DNA of 64,000 nucleotides from Eledone cirrhosa (taxonomy: Eukaryota), in assembly GCA_964016885.1 (NCBI GenBank), contig OZ024746.1, positions 98,208,001-98,272,000 of the forward strand, in the 5' to 3' direction. This document shows, piece after piece, positions 1-13,499 of the stretch; the first letter of the stretch is position 1, and each line of letters begins with the position of its first letter. A model generated the notes under the pieces. That model searched no databases, was not told where the DNA came from, and saw only the letters and a program-made list of their open reading frames with translations. Made by a program: the position numbers and the translations under genes.

Positions 1-267
1 TTATTGTTCAAACCCATATATGTAAATGACTCTGTAACTCGGACAGATTTTCTTCAAGGATACATTAAGCGGTGACCAGCTATCACAAGAACTACTGGTG
101 ACACTGCCGATTCTCACCGCAACTATCCTTCTTAGGATACATCGAGTTCTACAACGTTATCAGCCTCACCACAGCCAGGTGGACTCCGATAAATGTAATA
201 TATTTCATTACGGTGTAGTACTCCACTATTTTCCTTTGGTAGTAAGGAATTCTAAACGACTTACACA

Positions 268-480
<213 letters not shown>

Positions 481-1089
481 TTACTTATGTTTCAGGGAGA
501 TTATCCAGCCATCAGAGTATGCGGCTTATTTTCTTTACATATTGTCCAGGCATGCAGTTTTTCCACGATTAGGTCTGTTGGCGGCCCGAGTTCCAAAATA
601 CCTTATCCCGTGCAACTCCGGGTACCACTGCTAGTACACAATATAAATGAAGATGAGTTAGAGATTTCTAGAGGGCTCACAGATGATATACAATACAAAT
701 GACGGTGGTGTAGGGCTCTTTAGAGGGCTTACTAATGATATACAATACGAATTACGATGAGTTAGGGATGCTTCGGGTTAACTTTTACATAGATGTTAAG
801 CAGATTTGTATAGTTCTGGGGTCTTTATAGTCACAGTAGAAGGAAGAAGAAGGAACAAAATACATGTATGCCAGTAGTGGTTATGTGTTTGTACGAGAAC
901 CTATGTCAATCAGAGGAATAAACGTCGGTTAGATGAACTTAGGTGCTTTTGCGTGTTTGGCAGCAACTCCAACAAAACGACTAATAAACCTGCGGAGCCC
1001 ATCCCTCTCCAGGACTGAGCACAGTTAATTTAGTCCAGAGAGAGAGATGGGGAGGGGTAATAGAGTGGAAGTGAGAAATGGATATAGAG

Positions 1090-1379
1090 CAGTGGTTCCC
1101 AAACTGCGAAGGCTTAGCCAAATTTTCATGGTATACTGTGATTGAAGTTTTAAATCTAGGAAGCAATTTTTCTTGAATAAACATTTTTCTTGAATTGAAC
1201 ATGATAGCAGTTTTGGGCGTTTTCGTACTACTTAAATTAAATCGTAGTAGAATTGTCATGCAGTTAATAAAAGTTTATATTTGAAATTTTTTGGAAATGC
1301 TGCCATAATATGATAGGGGATCGCGAGGCATCCAAAACAGGGTAAGGGGACCGCCGAGAAAAAAATTGGGGAACAATTG
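1090..1379. mobile_element. hAT (Charlie-like) MITE
   Basis: Imperfect TIRs CAGTGGTTCCCAA ... TTGGGGAACAATTG. Flanking 8-mers ATATAGAG / GTATAGAG match at 7/8 positions, as expected for a TSD. Confidence 0.65.
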
Positions 1380-1964
1380 GTATAGAGGAAGACTGAATCC
1401 CAGTATTGAACTATAATTATTTGTATATCAAACTGCTATAGATAAAAGACAAAATTGACCTCGCAGGATTTGAACTCAGAGCAGAGAGAATTTGAAACGA
1501 ATACTGCAAAGAATTCTATCCGACTGTCTAACGTCTCCACCACGCCGCAATCTCTCTGGTAAAGTTACAGTGAGATATTTCACAGATCTTTACTACATCA
1601 CAGCTAACAACACTTTCTCAACATGTGATATCGATTCACCTCGACAAACGTAGAAATTTAAACAACGGGAATTCAGAACAGCAACGAGACTGTCTGAATC
1701 AGAGAGAAGTGGAATTAATCCTTAAATATGAACTACATTATAATACAAGTAGATAGGGAATTAGGAATAATAAGATGAACAGGCTGAATTATTTCTTAAG
1801 TCAACAACTGCGCATCGTTCTCACAGTTGAACTAATTATAATGTAGACGTTTGTTGACGTCAGGTTATCCATGCTCCTAAGATGTACTGCTGTGCTCGTC
1901 ATAGATTATTTGACAGATTATGTACTAAGGCAGGAAAGCTTCAGTTACTGGTCTCTTACAGCAC

Positions 1965-2308
1965 AATAGTGGGTGTGCACAACATTAGTGAGTGTGCACA
2001 ACAATAGTGGGTGTGCACAACAATAGTGGGTGTGTACAACATTAGTGGGTGTGCACAACAATAGTGGGTGTGTACAACAATAGTGGGTGTGTACAACAAT
2101 AGTGGGTGTGTACAACATTAGTGGGTGTGCACAACAATAGTGGGTGTGTACAACAATAGTGGGTGTGTACAACAATAGTGGGTGTGCACAACAATAGTGG
2201 GTGTGTACAACAATAGTGGGTGTGTACAACAATAGTGAGTGTGCACAACAATAGTGGGTGTGTACAACAATAGTGGGTGTGCACAACAATAGTGGGTGGC
2301 ACAACAAT
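1965..2308. repeat. 19-bp minisatellite (ACAACAATAGTGGGTGTGY)n, about 18 copies
   Basis: Direct inspection of tandem units. Confidence 0.95.
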
Positions 2309-2971
2309 CACAGTACTATCGGATGTCGACTAAAAAGACAGAAGAATCACGAAGAGATTCATCAGATATCCACATACCAAAAATGGCACGGAAAGACATT
2401 CAATGATACTCATAGACAGATGTAATGCTCAGACGTACCCAGGACTTGAGTTACACGACAAAAGTGTTGACAGGTTAACTTAATTCAGAATGGAATGAAC
2501 CTCCGATGGTTTCGACGACGACTGTTCCACTTGTTCGATCAATGGGAGAGCTTACTAACGAAATTAAAGTGTACGGGATGATTATTCCACATACACGTGT
2601 ACCCCTACCGTAATTCTAACGGGGACTTAGGGGGAGAATGTGTAACAAGATTGGCCCTTTAAATTAAAGGTACATTACATCTAACGGGCTTTCATACAGT
2701 TTCACTCTACCCAATTTCACTCACAAGGCCTGGGTCAATCTGAGATGATGGTAAATGACATTGGACCAAGAAGCCACGCAGTGGAATCGAACCCGATACT
2801 TAATGATTGTGAAGCAAACCGCTTTACAATTTAGCCATGTTACTTCCACAATTCAGAATACCAATCGACTGCATCTCTATATTAAATAAGTAACGACACA
2901 TTCTGGAGAGAGACGTGATCCGCAAGATTTTAAATGCTCCTACTACTCCGCATGGAGTAGTAGGAGCATTT

Positions 2972-3486
2972 AAGGAGCTTCAAACGTTCGTGGAAAAAGT
3001 ACATAGCTAAAAAACATATACAGGGATTTTGATCTCAATGCACCTGTAAGTTCTCGTACTAACGTGTCATAACATGTTCTAACATGAACCGTTAGATATT
3101 AAATACATGTTGCAACATGGCACCGCCTCGAGCAACATGGCCTCCACCAAAACATCAAATTCATGGTGAAGCTACAGTGTAAGAGTAGAGAAATCATTGA
3201 CACCCTGGATCAAGTTTATGGAGACAATGTCCCAAAGAAATCAACAACCTACAAATGGATAAGTCGCTGTAGAAGTGGAAGAGATGAGGATGAAGATGAT
3301 CCCCAGTTGAAGATGTAAAAGAAGCTACTTCGACGGCCCTCAGTTTTACAGATAGACTTAAAAGCTGGTATCAACACTTGCTGAAGTGTATTGACCTGCA
3401 TGGATCATATGTTGAAAAATAAACCTCATAACTTAAGCCGTTTATACCAACTGTCCTTTTTCCACGAACTTTTTGAAGCCCCCTTG
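2972..3486 (+). mobile_element. Internally deleted mariner transposon (Hsmar2/irritans-like)
   Basis: TIRs GGAGCTTCAAACGTTCGTGGAAAA and TTTTCCACGAACTTTTTGAAGCCCCCTTG+TA. From 3151 it translates as NIKFMVKLQCKSREIIDTLDQVYGDNVPKKSTTYKWISRCRSGRDEDEDDP (mariner HTH). Positions ~3360-3422 give ..SWYQHLLKCIDLHGSYVEK* (mariner C-terminus). The catalytic core is deleted. Confidence 0.88.
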
Positions 3487-3904
3487 TATAATAACTCGTA
3501 TCTGCAATTTTTAAAACCAACATTTGAAATCAAACATCCCAGGTCCCAGGGATTTCTATTCAGTAATGTACGACCAACCCTTTGCAGATGACACATACGT
3601 GTGATGCGTTGGGTTAGGTTAGCTTGTTACATTCTTAATTTCCTGATACCTGATTTTCAATTTGTACTTTTTTAAATTTAAAGGAATATAACTGTTAATC
3701 TTGGAATAATTAAGTATTAGATCCATAGTAGGACAATGGACAACAACTATTGACATTAGCTGTGGACACGTTTACAGTCAGCAAATATTCATTAACTGGG
3801 AAGTGATTACTATAATAACAACACGTCATTCTATGCAGGGTGGCCTTTGCTTTCAATGAAAGCAGAAGAATAGGATGTATGCTGCAAAACAAAGCGTGTA
3901 GCAT

Positions 3905-3976
<72 letters not shown>

Positions 3977-4104
3977 CGGCTCGAACAGGGACAAACAAGG
4001 ACACATATTTTGTATTAAATCACTTGCGCACAACATATTTGTAGTCATACATACATACACATATATATGTATGTGTGTGTATGAATGAGTGCACACACTC
4101 ACAT

Positions 4105-4168
<64 letters not shown>

Positions 4169-4211
4169 AACAAAAACAAAGAGCGCTTACATCATCAATT
4201 AATCTTTATTT

Positions 4212-4256
4212 GCTGACAGTGTTTCGTCCTTGCATAATTGCAGGACTCATCAGAGC
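4212..4256 (-). ncRNA. Type I minimal hammerhead ribozyme (PLE pLTR remnant)
   Basis: Minus strand: GCT CTGATGA GTCC TGCAATTATGCAA GGAC GAAA C ACT G TC AGC. Canonical core, stems I-III, GUC site. The remnant lies between (TA)n tracts. Confidence 0.8.
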
Positions 4257-4426
4257 GTTATAAAGAGGAATTAGATCAATAGTATAAACTCTACCTACCT
4301 ATGTCACAAGAATGATCCATATGTAGCACAGAGGACTAAGAAGAGTGGGGTGCTTGGACGACACGTCACCGCTAGAAGCCGATACATATTAAGACCCATG
4401 AAACACCTATGAAAAACTACTTATCG

Positions 4427-4464
<38 letters not shown>

Positions 4465-4505
4465 TTCAAAATATTAACAAAATAGATATTCTTGTGATCA
4501 AGTAT

Positions 4506-4570
4506 ATTTTATTATACATATTTCAGAGGTACTGAGTTAACTTCAACAGTACGTCTTCATCAGATAAAAT
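4506..4570 (-). ncRNA. Type I hammerhead ribozyme
   Basis: Minus strand: ATTTTAT CTGATGA AGACGTACTG TTGAAGTTAACT CAGTACCTCT GAAA TATGTA TA ATAAAAT. 7-bp stem I, 9/10-bp stem II, AUA site. Confidence 0.78.
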
Positions 4571-4736
4571 AAGATGATGCATGACATATCCTGACATAGT
4601 AGATGGTTAAGATTCAGTCATATTTGTTAATATTTTGAATTAATATTAATAACTCTTGAAAACCAATACTGTTGAGTGCTTCCAATCTATTGTAAAACTC
4701 ATTCTTTGATTTATTCATTGAACCTTGTTTAACCTT

Positions 4737-4777
<41 letters not shown>

Positions 4778-5302
4778 AAAATATATATCTTAAAATACAG
4801 TCGGTATAAGAAGAAATCAAGAACAGGGGGGGGGGCGTTTCCTCATCAGTTGTATACTGGGGGTGTCGGATATTTCTACGCTTTAAAGACAAGATATCTC
4901 ACCCCAGGGTGTCAATAACAGGATAAGTTATTGGGAAAACGGAGGAAGAGGGGAAGCAAAAGGGAAGAAAAGAGCAAACAGTGACAAAACAGCGAGAAGA
5001 ACAACAAACCGAGCAATGTGCGTGTAACTTAAGGTAAGGAAATCCAAGACCACTCGATAAGAGAACTTAAGTTATATATATATATATATATATATATAAA
5101 TATATCATATATGTATGTATATATATATGGGGGAGTGTACAAAGAGAGAAAGTGAGAGAGAGAGAGATAGAGAGAGAGTACGAGAAAGAGATAGATAGAT
5201 AGATACACTGCTCCATTCCCAGAGGCTGATCCGTCGACTTTTCCGTCTTATCACGCGTTTGTAAATGTAATAAAACAAAAAGCGAAAGACTTTATGCTAA
5301 CC

Positions 5303-5338
<36 letters not shown>

Positions 5339-6596
5339 CAAGGTAACAACAAACATAGTTACAAAAGTCTTATTAGTTTCACGCTTTTTATGGAAAAGGA
5401 GAAAGAAAGTTCAACGTGTCGGGTTTTAACCCTTCTTCAGGAGTACAAAAAGTAGGGACAGGCTCGTAAAGGATAGACACAGAAAATAAAGGTTGTCAGT
5501 AGTAAAAAATCGAAAATAATTGTTTCTATTTTTTTTACACAAGGCCAGCAATAACCCCAGTGTATTACTGGTACTTTATTTTATCGACCCCGTAAGGATG
5601 AAAGGCAAAGATAAGACAAGTTCAACCAGTTGGTTGTAAGGTTGTGATTCATTTTCCGGTGACACACTGTGTCCTTAATCAAAACTCTATTTCACTTAGC
5701 AGGCAGAAATGAATTTGTAGTAAGACGCCTCACGCCCCCTGTCGGATAATAGAACAACCCTAGTTATCTCCCGCTGGTTGAGAACACGAGAAGTAAACAG
5801 ACAGCCACTAGAAAGCAGACTGATCACACGCCAGAAAACAGCCTCTGTACCACGCCACAGAAAGCAGCCAAGGGAACAGCAAACAACAAACCCCACAATA
5901 CTTTTGTAATGGTAATACGTTCCTCTCACCACAACTGACCACGTCAACATTTGGTACGTTCCATTTGTAATATAAATAAACATCACCATTATTTACAATT
6001 GTTGAATATAACTCTCGTTGTGGTTATTGTCTTGTTTGTGCACACACTCACTCACTTTGTTATAATTCTGACAAACACAAAATGGTAAATAGACGAGGGA
6101 CCTTCCCTCACGTCTATGTCAATGAACAATCCATATAGGATACATACATTTTACCACAAATTGTACATATTGTGTCACACTGAATTTCACTGAGAACTAC
6201 TTTAAGGATACACGTGTCTGTGGAATAATCAGCCTTCGCACATTAATTACACGAGTAGATTATTCGGTTGATCAAACAAGTGGAACACTTAGTTTCAAAG
6301 GGAGTTCCAACACAATTAAATGACGGCTCGGATCACCAGTTGCCGGAAAATCGATAATGTAATGTACTTGTATCAATTAAATTATGATAATTGATTCATC
6401 AATCTGCTAGAGCTCTATGGCCTTCTGCCAACGGGGAAAAATCATTATAACTACCGTAGAATGACGGAACGGTAGACTGAAGATTTTGTTGTTGTTGTTG
6501 TTGTTGTTGTACTCCAGTTGTTTGATCCACGGAACATCTTGCTCATGAAACTAACTTTCAAGAGTCTGAACATTTCATAGACATGAGTACTCTTAA

Positions 6597-6838
6597 TGTA
6601 CTTCAGCGTAAGAGATATACGTATGTGTACTTCAGCGTAAGAGATATACGGATGTGTACTTCAGCGTAAGAGATATACGGATGTGTACTTCAGCGTAAGA
6701 GATATACGTATGTGTACTTCAGCGTAAGAGATATACGGATGTGTACTTCAGCGTAAGAGATATACGGATGTGTACTTCAGCGTAAGAGATATACGGATGT
6801 GTACTTCAGCGTAAGAGATATACGGATGTGTACTTCAG
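6597..6838. repeat. 29-bp minisatellite (TGTACTTCAGCGTAAGAGATATACGKATG)n, about 8 copies
   Basis: Direct inspection. Confidence 0.95.
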
Positions 6839-6945
6839 ACAGGAAACACTAAAATGTTGATAAATATTGCTTCGGTTATTATTCACTGAAATGGTTATTA
6901 TCGTTTGATATGGAGTGGGTACACGTTGAAGTGAAGGCGGCAAAT

Positions 6946-9440
6946 TGTCAGAGTCGTTAGAACGTCAGATAGAATGGCAGAGTCGTTAGAACGTCAGATA
7001 GAATGGTAGAGTGATTAGAACGTGTGATAGAATGGCAGAGTCGTTAGAACGTCAGATAGAATGGCAGAGTCGTTAGAACGTCAGATAGAATGGCAGAGTC
7101 GTTAGAACGTCAGGTAGAATGGCAGAGTCGTTAGAACGTGTGATAGAATGGCAGAGTCGTTAGAACGTGTGATAGAATGGCAGAGTCGTTAGAACGTGTG
7201 ATAGAATGGCAGAGTCGTTAGAACGTCAGATAGAATGGCAGAGTCGTTAGAACGTCAGATAGAATGGCAGAGTGGTTAGAACGTGTGATAGAATGGCAGA
7301 GTCGTTAGAACGTGTCATAGAATGGCAGAGTCGTTAGAACGTCAGATAGAATGGCAGAGTGGTTAGAACGTGTGATAGAATGGTAGAGTCGTTAGAACGT
7401 GTGATAGAATGGCAGAGTGGTTAGAACGTGTGATAGAATGGTAGAGTGGTTAGAACGTGTGATAGAATGGCAGAGTCGTTAGAACGTCAGATAGAATGGC
7501 AGAGTGGTTAGAACGTCAGATAGAATGGCAGAGTCGTTAGAACGTCAGATAGAATGGCAGAGTCGTTAGAACGTGTGATAGAATGGCAGAGTCGTTAGAA
7601 CGTGTGATAGAATGGCAGAGTGGTTAGAACGTGTGATAGAATGGCAGAGTCGTTAGAACGTGTGATAGAATGGCAGAGTCGTTAGAACGTCAGATAGGAT
7701 GGCAGAGTCGTTAGAACGTGTGATAGAATGGCAGAGTCGTTAGAACGTCAGATAGAATGGCAGAGTCGTTAGAACGTCAGATAGGATGGCAGAGTCGTTA
7801 GAACGTGTGATAGAATGGCAGAGTCGTTAGAACGTCAGATAGAATGACAGAGTCGTTAGAACGTCAGATAGGATGGCAGAGTCGTTAGAACGTGTGATAG
7901 AATGGCAGAGTCGTTAGAACGTCAGATAGAATGGCAGAGTCGTTAGAACGTGTGATAGAATGGCAGAGTCGTTAGAACGTCAGATAGAATGGCAGAGTCG
8001 TTAGAACGTGTGATAGAATGGCAGAGTCGTTAGAACGTCAGATAGAATGGCAGAGTCGTTAGAACGTGTGATAGAATGGCAGAGTCGTTAGAACGTCAGA
8101 TAGAATGGCAGAGTCGTTAGAACGTCAGATAGAATGGCAGAGTCGTTAGAACGTGTGATAGAATGGCAGAGTCGTTAGAACGTCAGATAGAATGGCAGAG
8201 TCGTTAGAACGTGTGATAGAATGGCAGAGTCGTTAGAACGTCAGATAGAATGGCAGAGTGGTTAGAACGTGTGATAGAATGGCAGAGTGGTTAGAACGTC
8301 AGATAGAATGGCAGAGTCGTTAGAACGTGTGATAGAATGGCAGAGTCGTTAGAACGTGTGATAGAATGGCAGAGTGGTTAGAACGTGTGATAGAATGGCA
8401 GAGTCGTTAGAACGTGTGATAGAATGGCAGAGTCGTTAGAACGTCAGATAGAATGGCAGAGTCGTTAGAACGTGTGATAGAATGGCAGAGTCGTTAGAAC
8501 GTCAGATAGAATGGCAGAGTCGTTAGAACGTCAGATAGGATGGCAGAGTCGTTAGAACGTGTGATAGAATGGCAGAGTCGTTAGAACGTCAGATAGAATG
8601 GCAGAGTCGTTAGAACGTGTGATAGAATGGCAGAGTCGTTAGAACGTCAGATAGAATGGCAGAGTCGTTAGAACGTGTGATAGAATGGCAGAGTCGTTAG
8701 AACGTCAGATAGAATGGCAGAGTGGTTAGAACGTGTGATAGAATGGCAGAGTCGTTAGAACGTCAGATAGAATGGCAGAGTCGTTAGAACGTCAGATAGA
8801 ATGGCAGAGTCGTTAGAACGTGTGATAGAATGGCAGAGTCGTTAGAACGTCAGATAGAATGGCAGAGTCGTTAGAACGTGTGATAGAATGGCAGAGTCGT
8901 TAGAAAGTCAGATAGAATGGCAGAGTGGTTAGAACGTGTGATAGAATGGCAGAGTGGTTAGAACGTCAGATAGAATGGCAGAGTCGTTAGAACGTGTGAT
9001 AGAATGGCAGAGTCGTTAGAACGTGTGATAGAATGGCAGAGTGGTTAGAACGTGTGATAGAATGGCAGAGTCGTTAGAACGTGTGATAGAATGGCAGAGT
9101 CGTTAGAATGTCAGATAGAATGGCAGAGTCGTTAGAACGTGTGATAGAATGGCAGAGTCGTTAGAACGTCAGATAGAATGGCAGAGTCGTTAGAACGTGT
9201 GATAGAATGGCAGAGTCGTTAGAACGTCAGATAGAATGGCAGAGTCGTTAGAACGTCAGATAGAATGGCAGAGTCGTTAGAACGTGTGATAGAATGGCAG
9301 AGTCGTTAGAACGTCAGATAGAATGGCAGAGTCGTTAGAACGTCAGATAGAATGGCAGAGTCGTTAGAACGTGTGATAGAATGGCAGAGTCGTTAGAACG
9401 TCAGATAGAATGGCAGAGTCGTTAGAACGTCAGATAGAAT
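6946..9440 (+). repeat. 29-bp satellite (GATAGAATGGCAGAGTSGTTAGAACGTCA/GT)n, about 86 copies, derived from a SINE head
   Basis: Tandem units. The array starts in a SINE 5' end (6936 GGCGGCAAATTG) and runs into the SINE body at 9441. Confidence 0.97.
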
Positions 9441-9730
9441 ACTTTATCGTATTCCTTCCGGCTCTCTGCTCTCAAATCCCACCGAGGTCAACTTTGCCTT
9501 TCGTCCTTTCGAGGTCGATAAAAAAGTACCAGTCTAGTACTGGGGTCGAATCTACTTCTATATCTCTTTCTCATTTCCTCTCTCTCACGTTCTATCTTTC
9601 TCTGGATGAAATCTGCGGTACTCAGGCCTGGAGAGGAATGGGCTCCGCTAGGTTTAAAATGCACAAGAAGCGCCGTATGTCAATATGGCACCCTACGTCT
9701 CTACCAGGGGTTACGGGATCATACCATACC
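9441..9730 (+). mobile_element. tRNA-derived SINE body plus 3' extension
   Basis: CAAATCCCACCGAGGTCAACTTTGCCTTT...GTCGATAAAAAAGTACCAGT. Collinear with the intact copy at 58431-58770. Confidence 0.85.
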
Positions 9731-10189
9731 ACCATACACGTTGAAGTAAACATATACCCGCAGTGATTGCTGTATACAAACCAACAGGTAATTCACGCCC
9801 AGTCAGAAATATAGTGAAACACTCGGGCAAACGGAAGGCTGTACACACATCAGAGGAAATACATTTATATACGCGGAAAACATTTAAATATAGTTTTCTT
9901 TCACATAAACCTTTTCCTCGTGTAAAACCTATACTTTACGAGCAAGATAGTGTTAGATACACTGAGTGCCAATACTAGGTGTTGGAATTACAGGTACAAT
10001 TCATTATCTCCTGCGGGAGCAATGTAAAACAAACTGCCTTGTTCACGGATGCAACCCATCGAACCCACAACTTTAGAATCGGTAACCGAAAACTCTAACC
10101 ACTCATCCACACGCTTTCACAGACTAAAAACAGTCGATCAACAAGATCCCAAATCTTATTCGCTTGACATGTTTGGTGGAGCATGCCAA

Positions 10190-10385
10190 ATCGGACCGAA
10201 GAAATAATGTTTCCATTGGTCTTTCCAATTGCTAATACTATCTACCGGTCGCAAATCTAAGCAGAACGGGAACGTGAAATAAAGAGTCTTGCTTAAGGAC
10301 ATAACGCATCGCCCGGTCCGGAATCGAACTCAAAACCTAATGACTGTGAATCCAATTCTCTAACTACTCAGCCACGCGCCTTTAT
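10190..10385 (-). mobile_element. tRNA-derived SINE, family B
   Basis: Reverse complement of the SINE at 21950-22170 (A box TGGCTGAGTAG, B box GAGTTCGATTCC). Confidence 0.8.
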
Positions 10386-10952
10386 AGACTAAACACAAGC
10401 CCTATTTATATTCTTGTCTTTTTTTCTTTTATTAATGGACTGTATCCAGCATCCCCCAACGGAAAATATAAGTAGTTTTCGAAATCATTATTATTACTGG
10501 CATATATAAATTATATTATCTGCTGGATTATAAATTCACAACTGAAGAGAATTTATAGCATTTGGAACGAGAAGAACACCCTTAATTTCGTTATTGCTGG
10601 CGCTTGAACGATATTTGATAACCAAGAAGAAAAAGTTATGTCATATATATCGATTAAAAAGGAAACTAGTAATTTCTTTTACGAGAGTTACAATCGATCC
10701 AATGTCGTTTAAATCGACATCAGTACATCATTGATCTTAAAATGTAAGGCCAAGTTGAATTCGTTATGAAAGGTGAAATTTATCATGATGTTCTACAGCT
10801 TCTACTAACTCGCCAGTTTATCTCACTTAACTCTTTTGCTTCTGTATTTCCAATGAAATATATCGCCGATGTGTTTCAATTTATTTTGAAAAGAATGAAA
10901 AATGTGAATGATTTAGTAACATAGATTTACGTTTTCATTATTAAGATAATGT

Positions 10953-11590
10953 AAGGGCGGTGGATTGGCAGTATCGGTAGAGAGCTGGACGCCATGCTTT
11001 GCAGCATAGAGTTACAGCCCTTTATGATCTGAGTTCAAATCCCACCGAGGTTAACTTTGATTTCATCCTTACGGGGTCGATAAAATAAAGTACCAGTCAC
11101 GTACTGGGGTCGATTTGATCGACTTTACTCTCCCCAAAAATTGCTGGCCTTGTGCCTATATAAGAAACAATTATTAAGATAATGTATTGCAGCATTGAGG
11201 TACGGCCCTTTATGATCTGAGTTCAAATCCCGCCGAGGTTAACTTTGCCTTTCATCCTTACGGGGTCGATAAAATAAAGCACCAGTAACGTACTGGAGTC
11301 GATTTAATCGACTTTCCTCTCTCTGAAATTGCTGGCCTTGTGCCTATAGTAGAAATCCTTATTAAGATACTGTAGGGCGGTGGATTTGCAGTATCGTTAG
11401 AGCGTCTGTCATTATGCTTTGCGACATATAGTTTCGGCCTTTTACATTCTGAGTTCAAATCCCGCCGAGGTTAGCTTTGATTTCATCCTTACGGGGTCAA
11501 TAACATAAAGTACCAGTAATGCACTAGAGTCGATTTAATCGACTTTTCCTCTCCTCAAAATTGCTGACCTTGTTCTTAAATCATTATTAA
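10953..11590 (+). mobile_element. Cluster of 3 tandem tRNA-derived SINEs, family A
   Basis: Repeated AGGGCGGTGGATTGGCAGTATCGGTAGAG...GAGTTCAAATCCC...GGGGTCGATAAAATAAAGTACCAGT...TTGCTGGCCTTGTGCC with ATT-rich tails. A- and B-box-like motifs are present. Confidence 0.9.
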
Positions 11591-11610
11591 CTTAATGTTA
11601 AGATACTGCT

Positions 11611-12655
11611 TACTACTACTTTGACGGTAAACTCCGCTAGTTGCAGACTACGCATCAACATTATTTTGCTCCACAAAGTTCAATCACCAACAGCAGAGTT
11701 CAAAGAGCAAAGAACAAGTCCAGTTCATAAGTTGACATTATAGAGCCATCGTTTGGGCTGCCGGCCTCTGCTTCTCTTACCAGCCAACCTTCCTTCCAGG
11801 CATAACCTACTCACACCACGAGATGATCTTTTTATATGGCTGTATAGTTTGAGTACTCTTGACCTGACAATTGATGTAATTGGTCTACGTCTGGTAATGT
11901 TGGGTCACTCACAGATACAGATACGGTCGCTGAGCCGCTTGCCAGTCATAAGTCTCATGTTGTGGTTCTGGAATGTAGAGAGCTTCTGAAGTGACCTTGT
12001 CATCCAGATAACACAATCAAGACCATATAACACAACTGGTAGGGTGTAAGTATCGAAGATCTTAGCCTTTAAATGATAAGAAACTCGTTTTGATGTTAGC
12101 ACTTCCTTGTTCCTGTTGAAGGCTGTCCAACCTAGAGCGTTCGATATTGCACAGCAACCATTCCATTGTTGTTTGTATATCTCGGTCACAAGCTATCATC
12201 AAACTCCGTAACTTGAGCAATTTGCTGGTCGTAGATTGAGAGTTGGAGATTGGCATTGTTTTTATCAGTTGTCATACACTTTGTTCTGGAGATGTTGGTG
12301 TGTAAGCCAGGCTCCAGCAAATGTTTGGCCAGTACATTCAGAAAGTCTTGTAGATCAGTTCTAGAGTAACTCATGATGGCCAGATCGTCTGCATAGCTAA
12401 GATTTGATAAGATTTTACTTCCAATCTGATAGCCAGATGAGCATTCTTCTTCAGTTTAGGTAGATAAGTGCAGCTATAACTATACAGAAAAGAAGGGCTG
12501 ATAGTACATCCCCACTGCGTAACACCCTTCAAGATGTCTATACACTGTGTAGTTCCCAAATCTGTTTTGATATATGCTGTTGAGTTGGTGTAAGTTTCTT
12601 TCAGAAAGTTGATGTATTTTTTGTTAACTGGGGTCTTGTTTAAGAGTTGCCACAA
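11611..12655 (-). pseudogene. 5'-truncated non-LTR retrotransposon (RTE/CR1-group RT, frameshifted)
   Basis: Minus-strand fragments KGVTQ-GC..SP, LSNLSYADDLAI and KAKIFDTYTLPVVLYGLDC, with a (TAG)n-like 3' tail at 11611. Confidence 0.85.
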
Positions 12656-13332
12656 GCCGGTGGTTGGTAAAGTCGTTAGAGCGTTGGACAAATGGTTAGA
12701 AGTCTTTACTCTGTCAATTCAAATCGCGTCGAGGTTAATTTTTCATCTTTCTAAGGTTGATAAAATAAAGAAATAGTCAAGCACATAAAATGTTTGGCTT
12801 TGTATCTAATTTAGAAATTATTATTAAGTTGATGAACAAACTTAAAGTTTGATGCAAGAAGATTTGAATCAGGCGTATTATAAAAGGGACGGTTTCAAGC
12901 AAGTTGGTATCAAAAGGGTTTAAAGGCCATTTAGATTCGCACGAAACATATATATTAGAGAAGTATAGTCAAATATACAATTAGAATTTGGTGTTCCGCT
13001 CTAACAAAGCGGATACATAAATGTATTCGTGAGTTTTATATTAAATAATAATAATATTCGATTCGTTTGCAAGCAAACAGCCTCATAGTGATATGTATTT
13101 AGATGACCATCACCAGCCTTTTGTTCTAGAAGTGACAGAGAAAAACAACAGTCAAATAAAAGGCGGTGAAATAGCAGAGTCGTTAGAATGTCGGAGAGAA
13201 TGCTTTGCTGTATTCGTTCAGACTCTCTGCTCTCTGGGTTCAAACACGGCCGAGGTTAACCTTTCCATTCCTGATCGATTAAAAAAGTACCAGTCCGATC
13301 TGACGTCGATTTTTCTATGTATTTCTGTCTCA

Positions 13333-13385
<53 letters not shown>

Positions 13386-13499
13386 CTCTTCCAACCTGAA
13401 GGGGGACTGGGCTCCACCAGATTTTAAAATGTCCGAAGACACTTTGCATGTCACTACGACACCCTTAAATCTCCGTCAGCTGTTACGGGTTCGTACATA

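Noticed and set aside
4835-4855. Minus-strand CTGATGAGGAAAC, hammerhead-like
   Set aside because: No stem II between the boxes, and no closing stems I or III.
5410-5443. Minus-strand CTGAAGA AGGGTTAAAACCC GACACGTT
   Set aside because: Likely a dead HHR: the GAAA box reads GACA and stem I is poor. Not called as a ribozyme.
6946-9440. CRISPR-like appearance of 29-bp repeats
   Set aside because: Head-to-tail units with no unique spacers, no cas genes, and a eukaryotic context.
10953-11170. tRNA genes at SINE heads
   Set aside because: A/B boxes are present but there is no closed cloverleaf, and they continue into a repeated SINE body.
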